Below, in pieces: positions 24,908-38,718 of a stretch of 64,000 bases of DNA; the stretch's first letter is position 1, and every line of letters starts with the position of its first letter. The notes beneath the pieces were generated by a model that saw only the letters and a program-made list of their open reading frames with translations, searched no databases and was not told where the DNA came from. A program made the position numbers and the translations under genes. The stretch is from Psilocybe cubensis (lineage: Eukaryota), in the NCBI GenBank assembly GCA_017499595.2, contig CM039008.1:1488001-1552000 (forward strand), read 5' to 3'.

Positions 24908-26265
24908 ATGTTTAACATGGCACAAAAACCCAACATTGTTATTGTGGGTGGAGGAGGCTGCGGAGCTCAGGTTGCACGCTTGCTTTCTACTAAGTTGAAG
25001 CCGGAGGAATACAATATCTTACTCGTCACCGCCCGCCCATACTATACCCATCTTCCCGCATGGATTCGGATGTCTGTCACGTCTGAGGGTCACCTCGAGG
25101 ATCGCGCCCATATAACCTATAACTACCTTTTCGTCAATGGGAACGGACAATTCGTCATCGGAAAGGTCGTGTCCATCACCACAGAGGAGGGAGACAAACC
25201 TGGCTTTGTGACCCTTGAATCTGGAGAGACTGTCGACTATTCCATTCTCGTACTTACCCCTGGAAGCCTCTGGGAGGGTCCATTGAATATTCCTGATACA
25301 AAGAAGGAAACGGTGGACCATCTTCAATCCTGGAGGAAGAAGTTCAAGGAGTCAGATGATATTGTTTTAGTGGGTGGTGGTGCTGTTGCACTAGGTGACT
25401 ATCAACTTTTTATCTGCAGTACCAATAATTAAATTTGTTAATAGAATACGCCGGAGAGCTCAGGGACATGTCTCCAGTGAGGAAGATTTTATAACCAAGC
25501 TGTTTGTGGATTCTGATAACCTCCCAGACAAAACGCATAACAATTGTGCACGGCCAAGAACTTATGCTTAATGACGCATACCCGAAATATTTTAGGAAGG
25601 ATGTGGCAAAGGACATCAGCAAGCGCGACGTGGAGGTCATACTCAACGACTGGGTCGATGACATGGATATTTCCGAAGCGGGTACCATCAAAACGCGGAA
25701 CGGGAGGAAGCTTGTCGCGGATCTCGTTGTGAGTGCTTCTGGTAAACTTGAAGAATTGGAGCAAGATGTTCAATAACTCCTCCATCAGGTTCCCTGTCGT
25801 GGACCGAGTCCCAACACTAAGTTTGTTACTCTCGTGCCAGGTACACTCTCCGACGAAAATCGCATTAGGGTGTCATCCACGCTTCAAGTCTTTAAATACC
25901 CTCGTATTTTCGCAGGAGGTGATGCCATTGAATGGGACGAGCAGAAGCAAGTGGGGAAATATCACACCCATGCCTCGATCATCGCAGCCAATATCGTTAC
26001 TCTCCTCAAGAAAAAGCAGCCTGCCGCACTATATCAGGGATCCTTCGAGATGATATCGATTTCCAATGGCAAGGTCTGTTCCGTTTCCCATTTGGAATCG
26101 ATATATGTATATGTATGAATAACATATCTCTTCCTATAGAACTTGGGTTCTAGCTACTGGAGTATCTTCTGGGGACCGACGTTCGGCGATTTTGTATCTT
26201 CGACAATGAAGTCGAAAGACCTTTTCCTGACCTGGACACGCAAGAGTTTGGGTTTGTCGTCATAA
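24908..26265 (+). CDS. FAD/NAD(P)-dependent oxidoreductase, AIF/AMID (AIFM2-like) family
   Basis: Two Rossmann motifs (NIVIVGGGGCG; DIVLVGGGAVALEYAGE), ITIVHG, GPSPNT and IFAGGD. Confidence 0.85.
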
Positions 26266-26849
26266 CTGTATCGCCTGATGAGGCTTTAAATATCGAAATG
26301 TGCTACATAGACTTATTCATGAGTATTTTAGCTTGTTGCTTTCTGACAACATAGATGCACCGGTCTTTTTTTCCTTCGTACTTTATCGCCGTTTAATCTC
26401 ATTTGGTACTATGTAGCGTTCAATCAACGTCTGGATCACTTGAAGTTGTTTCATGTTACATTCACTTTTGTTCTATCGCCTATGAAAGCCATTTGCTGTT
26501 AGTCTTACTGATCAATTTTATGCGAGTTATTCATATCCCAAGTTTGCTATTTTGTGAATCGTCATTTTGAGTCAGACGCCAGGGGATCAAGCACTACCAG
26601 GTCGAAGGCCATAGCGAGCACGACATGTCATTTAGCGGGATTTCGGGCCGTACCCCGGAAATGAACCTCGCACCCGAAAAAGGCAATCCGTCGGTTGCGC
26701 CTGAGGTTACCGATCTGGGCAGCTGTGAACTTCGGAAAACAACTTGGTTCCTGCCACCACCATCTATCTCATACCCTTTCTCTTACTTCTGTATATCTCT
26801 TTTTTTAGCTTGTTATATACGATATACCAAAGGATCTTGACTTCATACC

Positions 26850-28248
26850 ATGAATTTCTTCAAGACTAAGCCAAGAACTCCGCCTGATCTTGTTCGGGGT
26901 CTACGTGACGCAATAAATCGATTAGAGTCGGGTGCCCCTGGAGGAGAGACCAGGAGAAAGGCGAGTTTAGTCTGTGGGGTGATCTCTGAGTGTTGTGTAG
27001 ACTAATGTATGCGTGTGACCACGCGTGATAACTCGCAGGCTACCGAAGATGTCTCAAAGAATTTGCAGCAGATTAAGGGTATTCTCTACGGCGATGGTGG
27101 TGAGTCAGGCCACGGTGCTCATCAATGATAAGCCCTTCTGATCTCATGTTACTCGATACCTCTATCTTTTGCTGCGTTACCGATAGAACCAGCGCCGGAA
27201 CTTGTTGCCCAACTAGCACAGGAAACGTACAACACAGACTTACTCCTCCTTCTTGTTCAGAACATCTCGCGGTTTGAGTTTGAGGCGAGAAAGGACGTCG
27301 TACAGATTTTCAATAACCTGCTTCGTCGACAAATCGGCTCGCGATGGCCAACTGTAGAATATCTCTCAGGAAAGCCTGAGGTTATCTTCGCAGCGCTAGG
27401 GGGCTATGAGAACGAGGAAGTAGCTTTGAACACGGGAATGATTTTGAAAGAGATGTTGAGGCATGAGCAACTTGCCAAGATTCTGTTACACTCCGAACAG
27501 TAAGCAAACTCTTGCCCATTACAACATTCCCAATAAACGATTTTGTCTTAGATTTTACAAGTTCCCACACTATATCGAAACCACAACCTTTGGTATTTCA
27601 TGCGACGCTTTTGCGAACCTCAAGGAAACTCTGACACGACACAAGCCTATGGTGGCTGAGTATCTTGATAAGAATTATGACAGAGTACGTAAAATCAGAT
27701 GACTTCCATGGTATTCGGCTCTGACATCAGAAGTTCAGTTTTTCTCCTCTTTCACCACCCTTATTCTTTCCAATAACTATGTGACCAAACGACAGTCGTT
27801 GAAACTTCTCGGAGAAATTCTCCTGGATCGGGCCAACTTCAACGTCATGACACGCTACATTGCTAATGAAGCAAATTTGAAGATGATGATGAACCTTCTC
27901 AGGGATAAAAGCAAAAATATCCAGTTTGAAGCGTTCCATGTGTTTAAGGTAAATATATGCGCATTGTGTGACATATTTATCTTTCCATTACTATGTACTA
28001 ATCATATTGCTTAGGTTTTTGTGGCGAATCCCAAGAAACCACCGCAGATTGAGAACATCCTGAGGAGAAATAAGGAAAAGTTACTGAATTTTTTGAAGTC
28101 TTTCCATAACGACAAAGAAGGTAAGTAAACAAATTGATACTTTTGATGCGACTTCACCTGATATCTTATTTATCCGTGCTGTATTGTAACAGATGAACAG
28201 TTCAGTGACGAGAAACAGTTCCTCATCGTTCAGATTCAGAATTTGTGA
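26850..28248 (+). CDS. HYM1: Mo25/Hym1 (CAB39) scaffold protein
   Basis: [16 protein letters not shown]..., [64 protein letters not shown]. The first intron has a GC donor. Confidence 0.95.
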
Positions 28249-28908
28249 ACGGCCCGTGTTTCCGGGTCTCTCCTTCTGGTCGATGTCAGCCCATCTTCCA
28301 AACATTCAGCGCCAATGTTTCTGTCATTGCGGATCTTAATATGGATATCTTGACCCACCATCTCGCTGCCTTTACCTTTCGTCGTCGTTTTGTTACAAGC
28401 CATCGCATTTGTCCTGCTTTTCCATCACATCATCATCCACTCATCGTCCTGTGTCAATTCTTGGTGTCTCTGTTCTGTTTATCCGTTTTCTCGTCTCCAA
28501 TGATCCATACATCCTAGGCATACCAAACCTCGGCCTTTTTACCAGTGCAATATCGAAATGAACTGTACACTACGTCATGCATCTTTTATTACTTCCATCA
28601 ATATCCGATCAATGCACAAGGTCACTATTTTCTATTTTTCCTTCGATTGCATCAGTCTTCACGAAATCATAATGATTAACATTTTCCTTCCACTTCACTT
28701 TCTTTTTCCGGATGTATTTCATATTTGAATGTGTCGGAGGTCGAAGGTTCACTTTTATATGTCGATAGTAAGTATGTACACTATGATATGCTTGCATTGT
28801 ATCTTACAGCGTTCGGTGGTTTGGTGCCAGTGCAGCGTCTGGCTATTGTACAAAGAGAAGAATATGTATCTACAGAAAGATTGTGTGCATGCCGAAGAGT
28901 TGAATATT

Positions 28909-31391
28909 TTAAACATTGATGGGCGGTGAATTATTTTCTGCTGCCTCGGCCCACCATTGGGATCCAAAAGAATCTTGCGAGCACGCATGTCGGGTGTAGA
29001 AGAGGCCGTAATCCGTCGACCCCGTCCTAGACGAAGGTAACGAGTAAAGCGAGATATCCCTGGTGGCAGTATTGATGCTTATCGACGACTCTTCAACACG
29101 ATCAGACTTAGAGTCTGATGTCTCAACGATGATAGAGTCGTGGGCAATCGTAGCACTCACAAGCGCATGTTCATGGCTGGGAATTAATAGGTGAGCATTA
29201 AAAGCAATGTGTTTGCCCATTGCGCACCTGTGAATAGGATACTGTAGAAATTGATCTGGTGTAGCGTTCAGTGTGATGGTGGCAAAGCAGAACGTTAGGT
29301 ACTCTTGAACTTCAGGTATAGGTTTAAGGCTATACGGTACTTGGAACGCTAACAGATCTATAATGCACGCATTGTCATTTTTATTATATTAAGTTAGTAC
29401 TGATACATGCACTCACTTTGCACAAGTTTGGCGATTTCTCGATATTTTCCGAAATTGATGAGCCGTGAGGGTGAAGGATGAATAGAACTGATATACGAAG
29501 GTGCGTCTCTTTGGCAAAAAATGATATCATACATATGCCGACCTTTAAGTCATCAATTAAAACATTGACTTGCACTGGGACTCCACTTATACGCACTCAG
29601 AATCGGAATGGCAGGGGGCGTTGTCTCGTTTAACCGATTTTGGTATCTTTCGGGGTCTGCAAGGAAATTTAGGTTCTCGGCCTGTTCCCTCTGTTTCTGT
29701 GTCAAGGCCTGAAGGAGAATTGTCAATGAGTGCTATAAACACGCAAAGAATTTTGCCTACGGAACGCAACAATTGAGACCATACCGACCATATGCTATCG
29801 TTCGGTTTCAAGGCCGCCATGATTGACCGGCATGTTGAAAAGTTATTCAACTCAAGACAGCACTGGAACGGTATGGCGATGAGTCAGAAAGCAACACGCA
29901 AATGATAATTGATATGAAAGCTTACATTGGCTAGCTGTATAAAGAATTTGAACACCCGTCTAGTCTTCTTGTGTTCCGCCTCTTTAGCAACGTTCTCAGT
30001 GACCCACTTGCTGATAGCTGTACTGATGGTCATAATAGTTTCCACACCTCTTGCTGAGTTTTTACCCGCTTGGTCTGCTCCTAGAATTTCCGATGGTCGA
30101 AGAGCGCAAAAGAGGTTCGATTCCATGATAGTAAGCTGACGAGCAAGCTCTAGAGGTTCAAACATAGTGATTGAAATATCATCAAACTCTTTCTTCTGTA
30201 AAGATGCTAGTAAAGGCTTAGATATGATAGAGGCTGGAAATGAAGGAGCTTGGTTGACTGAGTATCGTCTTGGTGTTGGTGGTGTAAAGTTCACGTTTGG
30301 ATCTATTTTTGATTCAGAAAGACCCCGTGCGCGTTTGACAGTGACAGTTCCTGGAGATAGCAAACGCTGTGAAACAACTTGTAGAAGATCAAGTGATATG
30401 GCTTTTGACTTGTCGAGAAAGTCGGCCGTCTCCTTGAGAAATCCTTCCAAGAGATGTAGAACTGAATCATCAGAGGATTCCCAATGGTACTGAATCCAGG
30501 TTTTGATCAAATTCAAAACTCTTAGCCGTACCGGAATCCACTTCCGATGCTGCCACATGTGTAACCGCTCCTGCGAAAAATTGGACGGTGGTACCAGGTT
30601 CCACCTTGTGATGGCGATCTCCAGCAGTTCCGCAGCGGAGGAGAATAACCTGAAAGTCATGAAAAAGGTGGCTGAAAAGGCCTGATCGACAAGAGAATCG
30701 TGGGGTGTCATTTCCTCTACTAGGGCATCCATAGTGGCATAAAGCAGAGTGCCATCGTCGCTATATTCGATGTCTTTCCGTTGTAAGAAATATTCGGACG
30801 AGGGCTTCAGATACGCCAATGCATGTCCACTTTTCAAGATATCCTGCGTCATGATGTCATATTCGACGGTGATGATTTTCTGTCCGTTAGAATTTTCGAA
30901 GTTATAGCCACATTCGTCGGCTGTGAATACCAATTCCTGAACCAGAGATGCGAGTTGTTCGCTAGTGCCGAGCAGTTGTACAGTTCCATTCTCCCGTTCA
31001 TCTTCCACGATATCTTCCATCAGGACATCCTGAGATTGAGTAATCAGTGTGTTGAGTGTATCCAGCACGCTTTCTCGCTGCTTCGCCAATTTAAGGAGAC
31101 GCTGGCGAACCCTGACAGTGTTAGTGTTGTGTTGCAAGACATCTGTCGTGCGCAGAAGGGTTCTAACGCAATAACTGACGCGTCTAGTGCACAACCTAAT
31201 GATAGGTAGCCGATTTGTGATGACTGCGTGTTCCAGGTTCTTCAAGCTCTGTCGTATATCTTCCAAGTCTACACCGTCAGGGAGAACATCGATGTCTTGG
31301 GCCTACGAATGTTGAAACTGGTCGAATAAAATCATTTCGAAAAACAAAAACAGCTTACATTCTCATGATCCGTGTAGTGTGAATTGCTCAT
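28909..31391 (-). CDS. RasGEF (REM + CDC25 domain) paralog 1
   Basis: ATMDALVE, TFFMTFRLF, VRLRVLNLIKTWI, PLELARQLTIMES, LNNFSTCRSIMAAL and FQVPYSLKPIPEVQEYL. Start uncertain. Confidence 0.8.
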
Positions 31392-31888
31392 AGCGACTCG
31401 GGGTGTGGATGGCAAATGGATTAGCTCAACAATTCGTTCGACTGTGATGGCTCAACTGGGGCGATATAGGGTATTGAGGAAATTGGATGTTGGCACAAGC
31501 CTGAAGATGGTATTGGGCCCAAATTGGGCCTGGATAATGCTACTGGTTGTCAAGTTCAAGCGTCTCGTGTCCATCGTCCTGGGAGATCGGGGTGTGACCC
31601 TGTAATTCAAAAGGTTCTAAAATATCGTTCGTCACCAACAAAACATCACGATCAGACCGTGTCCAAGGATCAGACAAAAGTATAGAAGTATATAACACTG
31701 CCACAACCCACAGTATATATAGGTCCCGATCAATACAAGTGTTGCCGACGTAGTGCCTGTGTACAGCAATTTAATTATAAACGAACCTTCAGCGGTGGGC
31801 ATGCGCTACACAAGTCGGTAACGATATATTATACTAAACCCGGATTCTTGAAAACCTTGAGATACTCTTAGTGTACGAATTGGCATAT

Positions 31889-33986
31889 TTAATCATTCGA
31901 AAGTTCAAACAGTGGATTGTCCGATTCCAACTCCGCAGTTTTCCATTGCCATCCCGCCAAAGCCAATGAATCTTGGGAAATTGCGTGCCTAGTATAATAA
32001 GCGCCATAATCCAGTGTCCCAATACTGGAATGGGGATTGGAATATATAGTTCCGACTGAAGATGAATAATTCGAATTGAGAGACTGATGTTTATCGAATC
32101 CTGTGGCTTGTGTTGGGGTGGTTTCCTCTTTCGAATCTTTCGTTTGGCTAGAGAAACAGACACCGAGAGATCAGGCAATGATCAACCGAAGGAGGATTTG
32201 TCATGTCTACTTACCTATTGTCAACAGGAATCGTCAATTTCTCGAGCAATTTACGTTTGCGGTCTTGTAGTGACGTCGTAATTTGAATGGATGGTTTGTG
32301 AGGTTTGTTAATTCTGTCACCAAGTATTTGAATATTTTCGAGATGCTTATCGACTTTGAATGCCACGTTTTTGAGATAAAATTGAAGCTCTGGTATCGGT
32401 TTGAGGTTGTAAGGGACCTGGAAGCGTCGAAAGTCTAGGAAATATTTGGGCATATATAGACGAGTGAAGATAGTGGGCCAAGTAACTTGCCTTCCAGGAT
32501 TTCCGCGAGCTTGGAGTGTTTGTTTAAATCAATGAGTTTCTCACTCGAATCAAATAAGGGTGGTCGATGACTCGAGTACAAGTCTCTGTAAAATATAACG
32601 GATGACAGATACAGACCTATATTGGAACCGTATTCAGGTACATGGCATGTATGTTTTGGTCGACTGCATACCTAAAAATGGAACCGATGGCGCGTCTTGT
32701 CCAAAGTTATAGAGTTCCTTGAAGCTAGGAAATTTCTTTAACTTGTTAAATTGATCTTTAGAATGCTCCCGTAAAGCCTAGGTAATGGGCTTTAAGTGAG
32801 AAACAAGACAACTTGGAAAGAAAGAAAACGAGTTACCGTCTGCGCGAGATAAAGACGTGATATTACAGGGGAGTCCAATGCAGATATAATTGAGCGTGAT
32901 GTATTAAAATTGTGAAGTTTTATGCATTTCTTGAGCAGAGAGAGTTCAAAATTGGACGATAATGAAAAGGTGAAGAACGATGCTCACGTCTGCGATTTCT
33001 ATGAAGAATCCAATTAGCCATGCCCGTCGTTGAATGTTAAGCTCGTGGAGTATGCTTTCGGAGACCCAATGTCTGACCGAATCGCTTAAACACACCAACG
33101 CTTTAATGTTTGGAGATGAATCTGGTTTCTCTGGAAAGTAATTCAACAGCTCCTGTTGAGAAATGGCGCAGTACAGTTCGGATTCCATCAAGGTCAACTG
33201 CCGCGCAAGTTCAAGGGCATCAAAATTTATGAACAACAGCCCTGCGAAGTCCTTCTTGCGAAGAGAGGTAAGCAGTGCTCTCGTTATTCTTCGTTTTGGA
33301 GTGTCATCCGTAAATGATTTTAGCACATGTGGCCTGGGTTGAATTTTGGTTCCCGGTGCATTCAGTTCGCCTTGTATGCGCAAATTAAGAAGATTTAGAA
33401 CAGGAAACAAGAGTTCCGACTTCAAGTATGGTGACATCTCTTTTATCAGAAATTTAGATGTGACCACAGTCAGGGTCGGAAATGCCGGATCGTCAACGGT
33501 AGGCAGCCAAAATTCTTTCAGCCAGGTAAAGATGAATTCCAACGTCGCATATTGAGCTCCGGAATCTGTTTTCGATTCCAATGGGTGAATATTATTGTTT
33601 CTTCCTTGTTGTGGCTTATATTGGGTGTCTATGTGCTTGGCCAGGTTCGAAGGAGAGCAATAAAGCCTGAAAGTCAAGAAAAAGGATGCAGTGAGGGCAG
33701 GGTTTCTAAGTGATATAAGCCTTGCCACGAGTGATTCCTCGGTTGCCCCAACCATTTCACCGTTAACAATTTCAACATCGCCGGAGAGGAATTCGAGATC
33801 AGATATTTCCTTGTGTCTATTAAGCGAGCTAGACGATGGAGAATTTGGAATTAGTTCTCCATTAGAGGTGTTCGGAGATGATGTTGGAGATTGGACTTCA
33901 TAGTCAGAAGAGTATGACACCGTGAGGATTGACGTCCTTGATTCTTCGTCATCTTGCTCGGGAATGGGATAAAGCTGAGTAGCCAT
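31889..33986 (-). CDS. RasGEF (REM + CDC25 domain) paralog 2
   Basis: GATEESLVARL, FFLTFRLY, DALELARQLTLMES, PSVPFLGLYL and FQVPYNLKPIPELQFYL. The last exon was reconstructed to the TAA at 31889. Confidence 0.8.
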
Positions 33987-34588
33987 GGACAGCTTCGTGG
34001 TATACACTTGGGGGCACTGAGACTACCACTGAGGTTTCTTAAATATTTGCACTGTAAGTAGCTTCACGTTCGAACTTCAATCCACCTTGCTACTAGCGAA
34101 ATTTGTTAGGGAATTGAGTGAGAATATCCGAATGAAAACGTACTCGAAACTGTACATGGAGCTAAAAAGATGAGAGCAAAAGAAGAATGTGAAGGGGTCA
34201 AGGGGGTGGCTAAATGGATGGCGAAGTTCTTCTATTGTGAGCATTGATGCAGGCGGTGCACATCTTGAACTGCTGTGCATGTCAAGGATAGTTGTTGATC
34301 GGCGGCAGGCGAAAGCTTACAAGATTTCTCATCACGTGATAAATATCAATGGACGCGTCCGACTAAAGGCGCGTCAGCGAGAGATAAATAGCTAGCCAAA
34401 TCGTGCAGTAGTATAAATACATAATATTCTATGAGTAACATAAGCCGCGCTTAGATGCAAGTTAATGTACAATTGCTTCTTTTCATTAGTTTGTGAACAC
34501 AGTGATCTTAGTCCCAGATTTTGAGAAAACATTTTACCAGACAAGGAAAGTGGACAGAAAACTATCAGATCATAGCACATCACACTCT

Positions 34589-36338
34589 TCATGACTGCAT
34601 GAAGCGTGAGAATACTGAAGTTAGGTAGTCTTGAAACCCTGGAACTGCTTCCAAGTTGTAGGAAATCTGAAATCTTTGCATATCTAACCAGTCATGAGAT
34701 AAATGCTTGATAGAGCTGAAGGCATTAATCAAACCTTGCACAATCTCAACTAGCCTGTAATATTTGCTAAGGTTGATTACTCGAAGTTTTGCATCTGGAG
34801 ATGATCGTCTATATGAAGGATAGCAATCCCGACAAAAGGTTACGTCCATGATGTACGGAGCTATGGTAATATATTTCAGAATGCCTTCGGTGACGGTATC
34901 AAGCCAGTGCATACCCAAACATGGCACCGCAGGTGCAACCATGTCCTTTAGTTTATTTCGGTATTCGGAATGATTTTTAGATCGATCGAGAAGTTTCCGT
35001 AGATATGCCAATTGATCCTTTTGTTTCATAGGTAGGCTCTACAGTCGTAGATAGTTTGAGTATACTTGCCATTGCAATTTGGGAAGAAATATGAAAGATT
35101 TGACTGACATTAAAGGCCCATTTCAATCTGGAGACTTGACTTGAGTCCAGTGCAGCCAGTATAGAGCATGAGGTACTCAAGTTGTTTAGCGTCGCACAGT
35201 TCTGTATCGAGGTAGACGGGCTTAACAGTTGCGCTAAGTAGTAACATAAGGCAATAAGACTCACATACGCGACCTGGACAAAGAACTTAATCATCGATGC
35301 CCGGGCAGCAAAATAATAGCGCTTAGTGATAATGCTCGTCGTCACCCAACGTGTGAGAATGGTGGCGAATTGATTGATGGCTTGTATGCTTTTTGGCGAT
35401 GGGGCTTCATCTGCTCCTGTCCGCAGAATATCCTCCGGCCGTACTGCACAAAAAAGCTCTGATTCTAGGATAGTCAGTTGGCGTGCGAGCTCCAGCGCAT
35501 TAAAGTCTCGGATAGAGATTCTTTTGAATTTCCCTTTGCGCAAGCGGGAACGAAGTCTGTTGGACATTCGAATCGGTTGCCTCTCGTTTCCCAAAAGATT
35601 GTTGATGAAAAAACCCGGATTCGAAAGTGTTGGATCTATGATGGTGGTGGCATCGCTTGGAGTACGTTTATGCAACATATTCTTGGCCATGTGCGCTGAC
35701 CAAGAGGACGTATCTCTCTTCATACGCCTACTTAGCAATGCTTTTAGGATCGGGAGGGCGGGTTCGTCTACCTCTGGAAGCCAGTACACCTCTAGCCAAG
35801 TGTTAATGACCTTGTAAACTTGGCGACGTATCGGAATGCCGATTTCTCGTTGCCAGTAGTCATAATCCCCTTGCGATAGGTTAGCAGGGGGCGTTAGACT
35901 GTAGCGATCCGTGAGAGCGTTGGCAAGATCTTTAGGAGTAGAAAAATGCCGAAAGGTGAGGAAAAAAACTTTCGACAACGTTGGATCAACGGGAGGATTG
36001 ACCGGAGTCATTCTCTTAACCAAGACGGATAAGGTTGCGCCGACCAAACGACCGTGTCGGTATTCAACATTTTCTCGCAGTAAGCTTGTGGCTGAGGATG
36101 CCCATGAGTAGGTATCCTCATAGGGACCGAGTGTATGGCTATCGTCCGATTCGACACGTTCCGAGTCGCAGATCGAAAAGTTGTCTTTGGTAGGGGAAAG
36201 AAAAGAGACGCTCCGGAGGTTATCCATTATTGCTTCTGTAGCGATAGATGATTTAGCAGCTCTTTGGACACCAGTGTACTTCAGCTTGCTAAGAAGAATA
36301 AACGAGTGTCGTTGAGCCAATGGAGCAGACAATTCCAT
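34589..36338 (-). CDS. RasGEF (REM + CDC25 domain) paralog 3
   Basis: GATLSVLVKRM, FFLTFRHF, NALELARQLTILES, LNNLSTSCSILAALDS, PAVPCL and MQRFQISYNL. Confidence 0.8.
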
Positions 36339-37277
36339 AAGTAAGATTTTCTAAGAAAAACGTTGAGAATGCAGCCCAGATGAGGACACCACTTGAACAG
36401 ACCTTAATCGAAGGGAGGTTGACTAAACAAGAAAAGGTGTATCCTGGTAGGAACCAGGCCTTTTAACATGGAAGAATACCACCGTTGCTAGTGCGGTAAT
36501 TTATAGTCCACTGGGCTACGCTGACTATTGATGACCTATGGTGTACTTCGGTTTGTGCATCATCGTGAAGGGTGTATAGAAACAGCATCGCATATCGGAC
36601 CAAAATAACCAGTTTTCTAGCGTCAGTCAATGATGAGAGTGTAATGATTTTGAATTTGAGGATCAGTAACAGATGACAACGAATATGAACTCACACTCAG
36701 TCAACAAACAGTACCAGTGGTAGATTATGGCCCTGGCAAAAATGGTATAATACGTGGAAGATGTTCAAAGTTGAGCGCAGCAACTATCAGTAGCACAGGG
36801 TGAACGGAGATGCATTATACCACTGATGTCGTCGAAAGCCGCGCGAGGTGATCAAAACGTTGCAGACCGCGCTGCGGCGGATATGATGATGAGTGAGCAT
36901 ATATAAAGCGAGCGGCGAATTAATTATAGTTGATTCCATCGAGACGTCCGTACAGGGATATAGGGCAACCGTGATGATTTTGTGAAGGGGAGAATGATAT
37001 CTGTTTTTTCAATAATCCCGCGCATACTTTTAGCATGTGATGGGCTATGTGGAATGGAAAATGGTAGTGCCAGATGTAGATACTGAGAAGTTGTGAAGGA
37101 AATTCAAGTGTTGATGCTGAGCACTGAGCACCAGGATTGGCAATTACCACTTTCGTGACGAGACATCACATGACTACAATAATCTGAACTGCAGAAGCAC
37201 ACAGGCTCTTCTCCTGCCACCATCTGCCACCATCTTCGCGTACAACACATATCATACGCAAACCCGTCCTTTCCGGT

Positions 37278-38524
<1,247 letters not shown>

Positions 38525-38718
38525 ATCTTCTACCATCCTCTTCTCTCAGCAACTTCGTGAGACAAAATTGTCCCCCCTTACCTTTATTTGCCAGGAATTC
38601 ATCTGCCTGGATATATATATATATGTCCATGCATGGTAATCAATCCTACAGATAAGTGGTGTGCATTAATTGTACATTAAGTCAGTAAGGTATATCATTA
38701 TACTAGAATCTTCAAAGA

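Noticed and set aside
5608-26265. Secondary-metabolite cluster (esterase, reductases, GT1, oxidoreductase)
   Set aside because: No PKS, NRPS, terpene synthase or RiPP precursor is present in the window, and housekeeping genes are interspersed.
26270-26312. Hammerhead-like CTGATGA...GAAA core
   Set aside because: Stems I and II do not pair.
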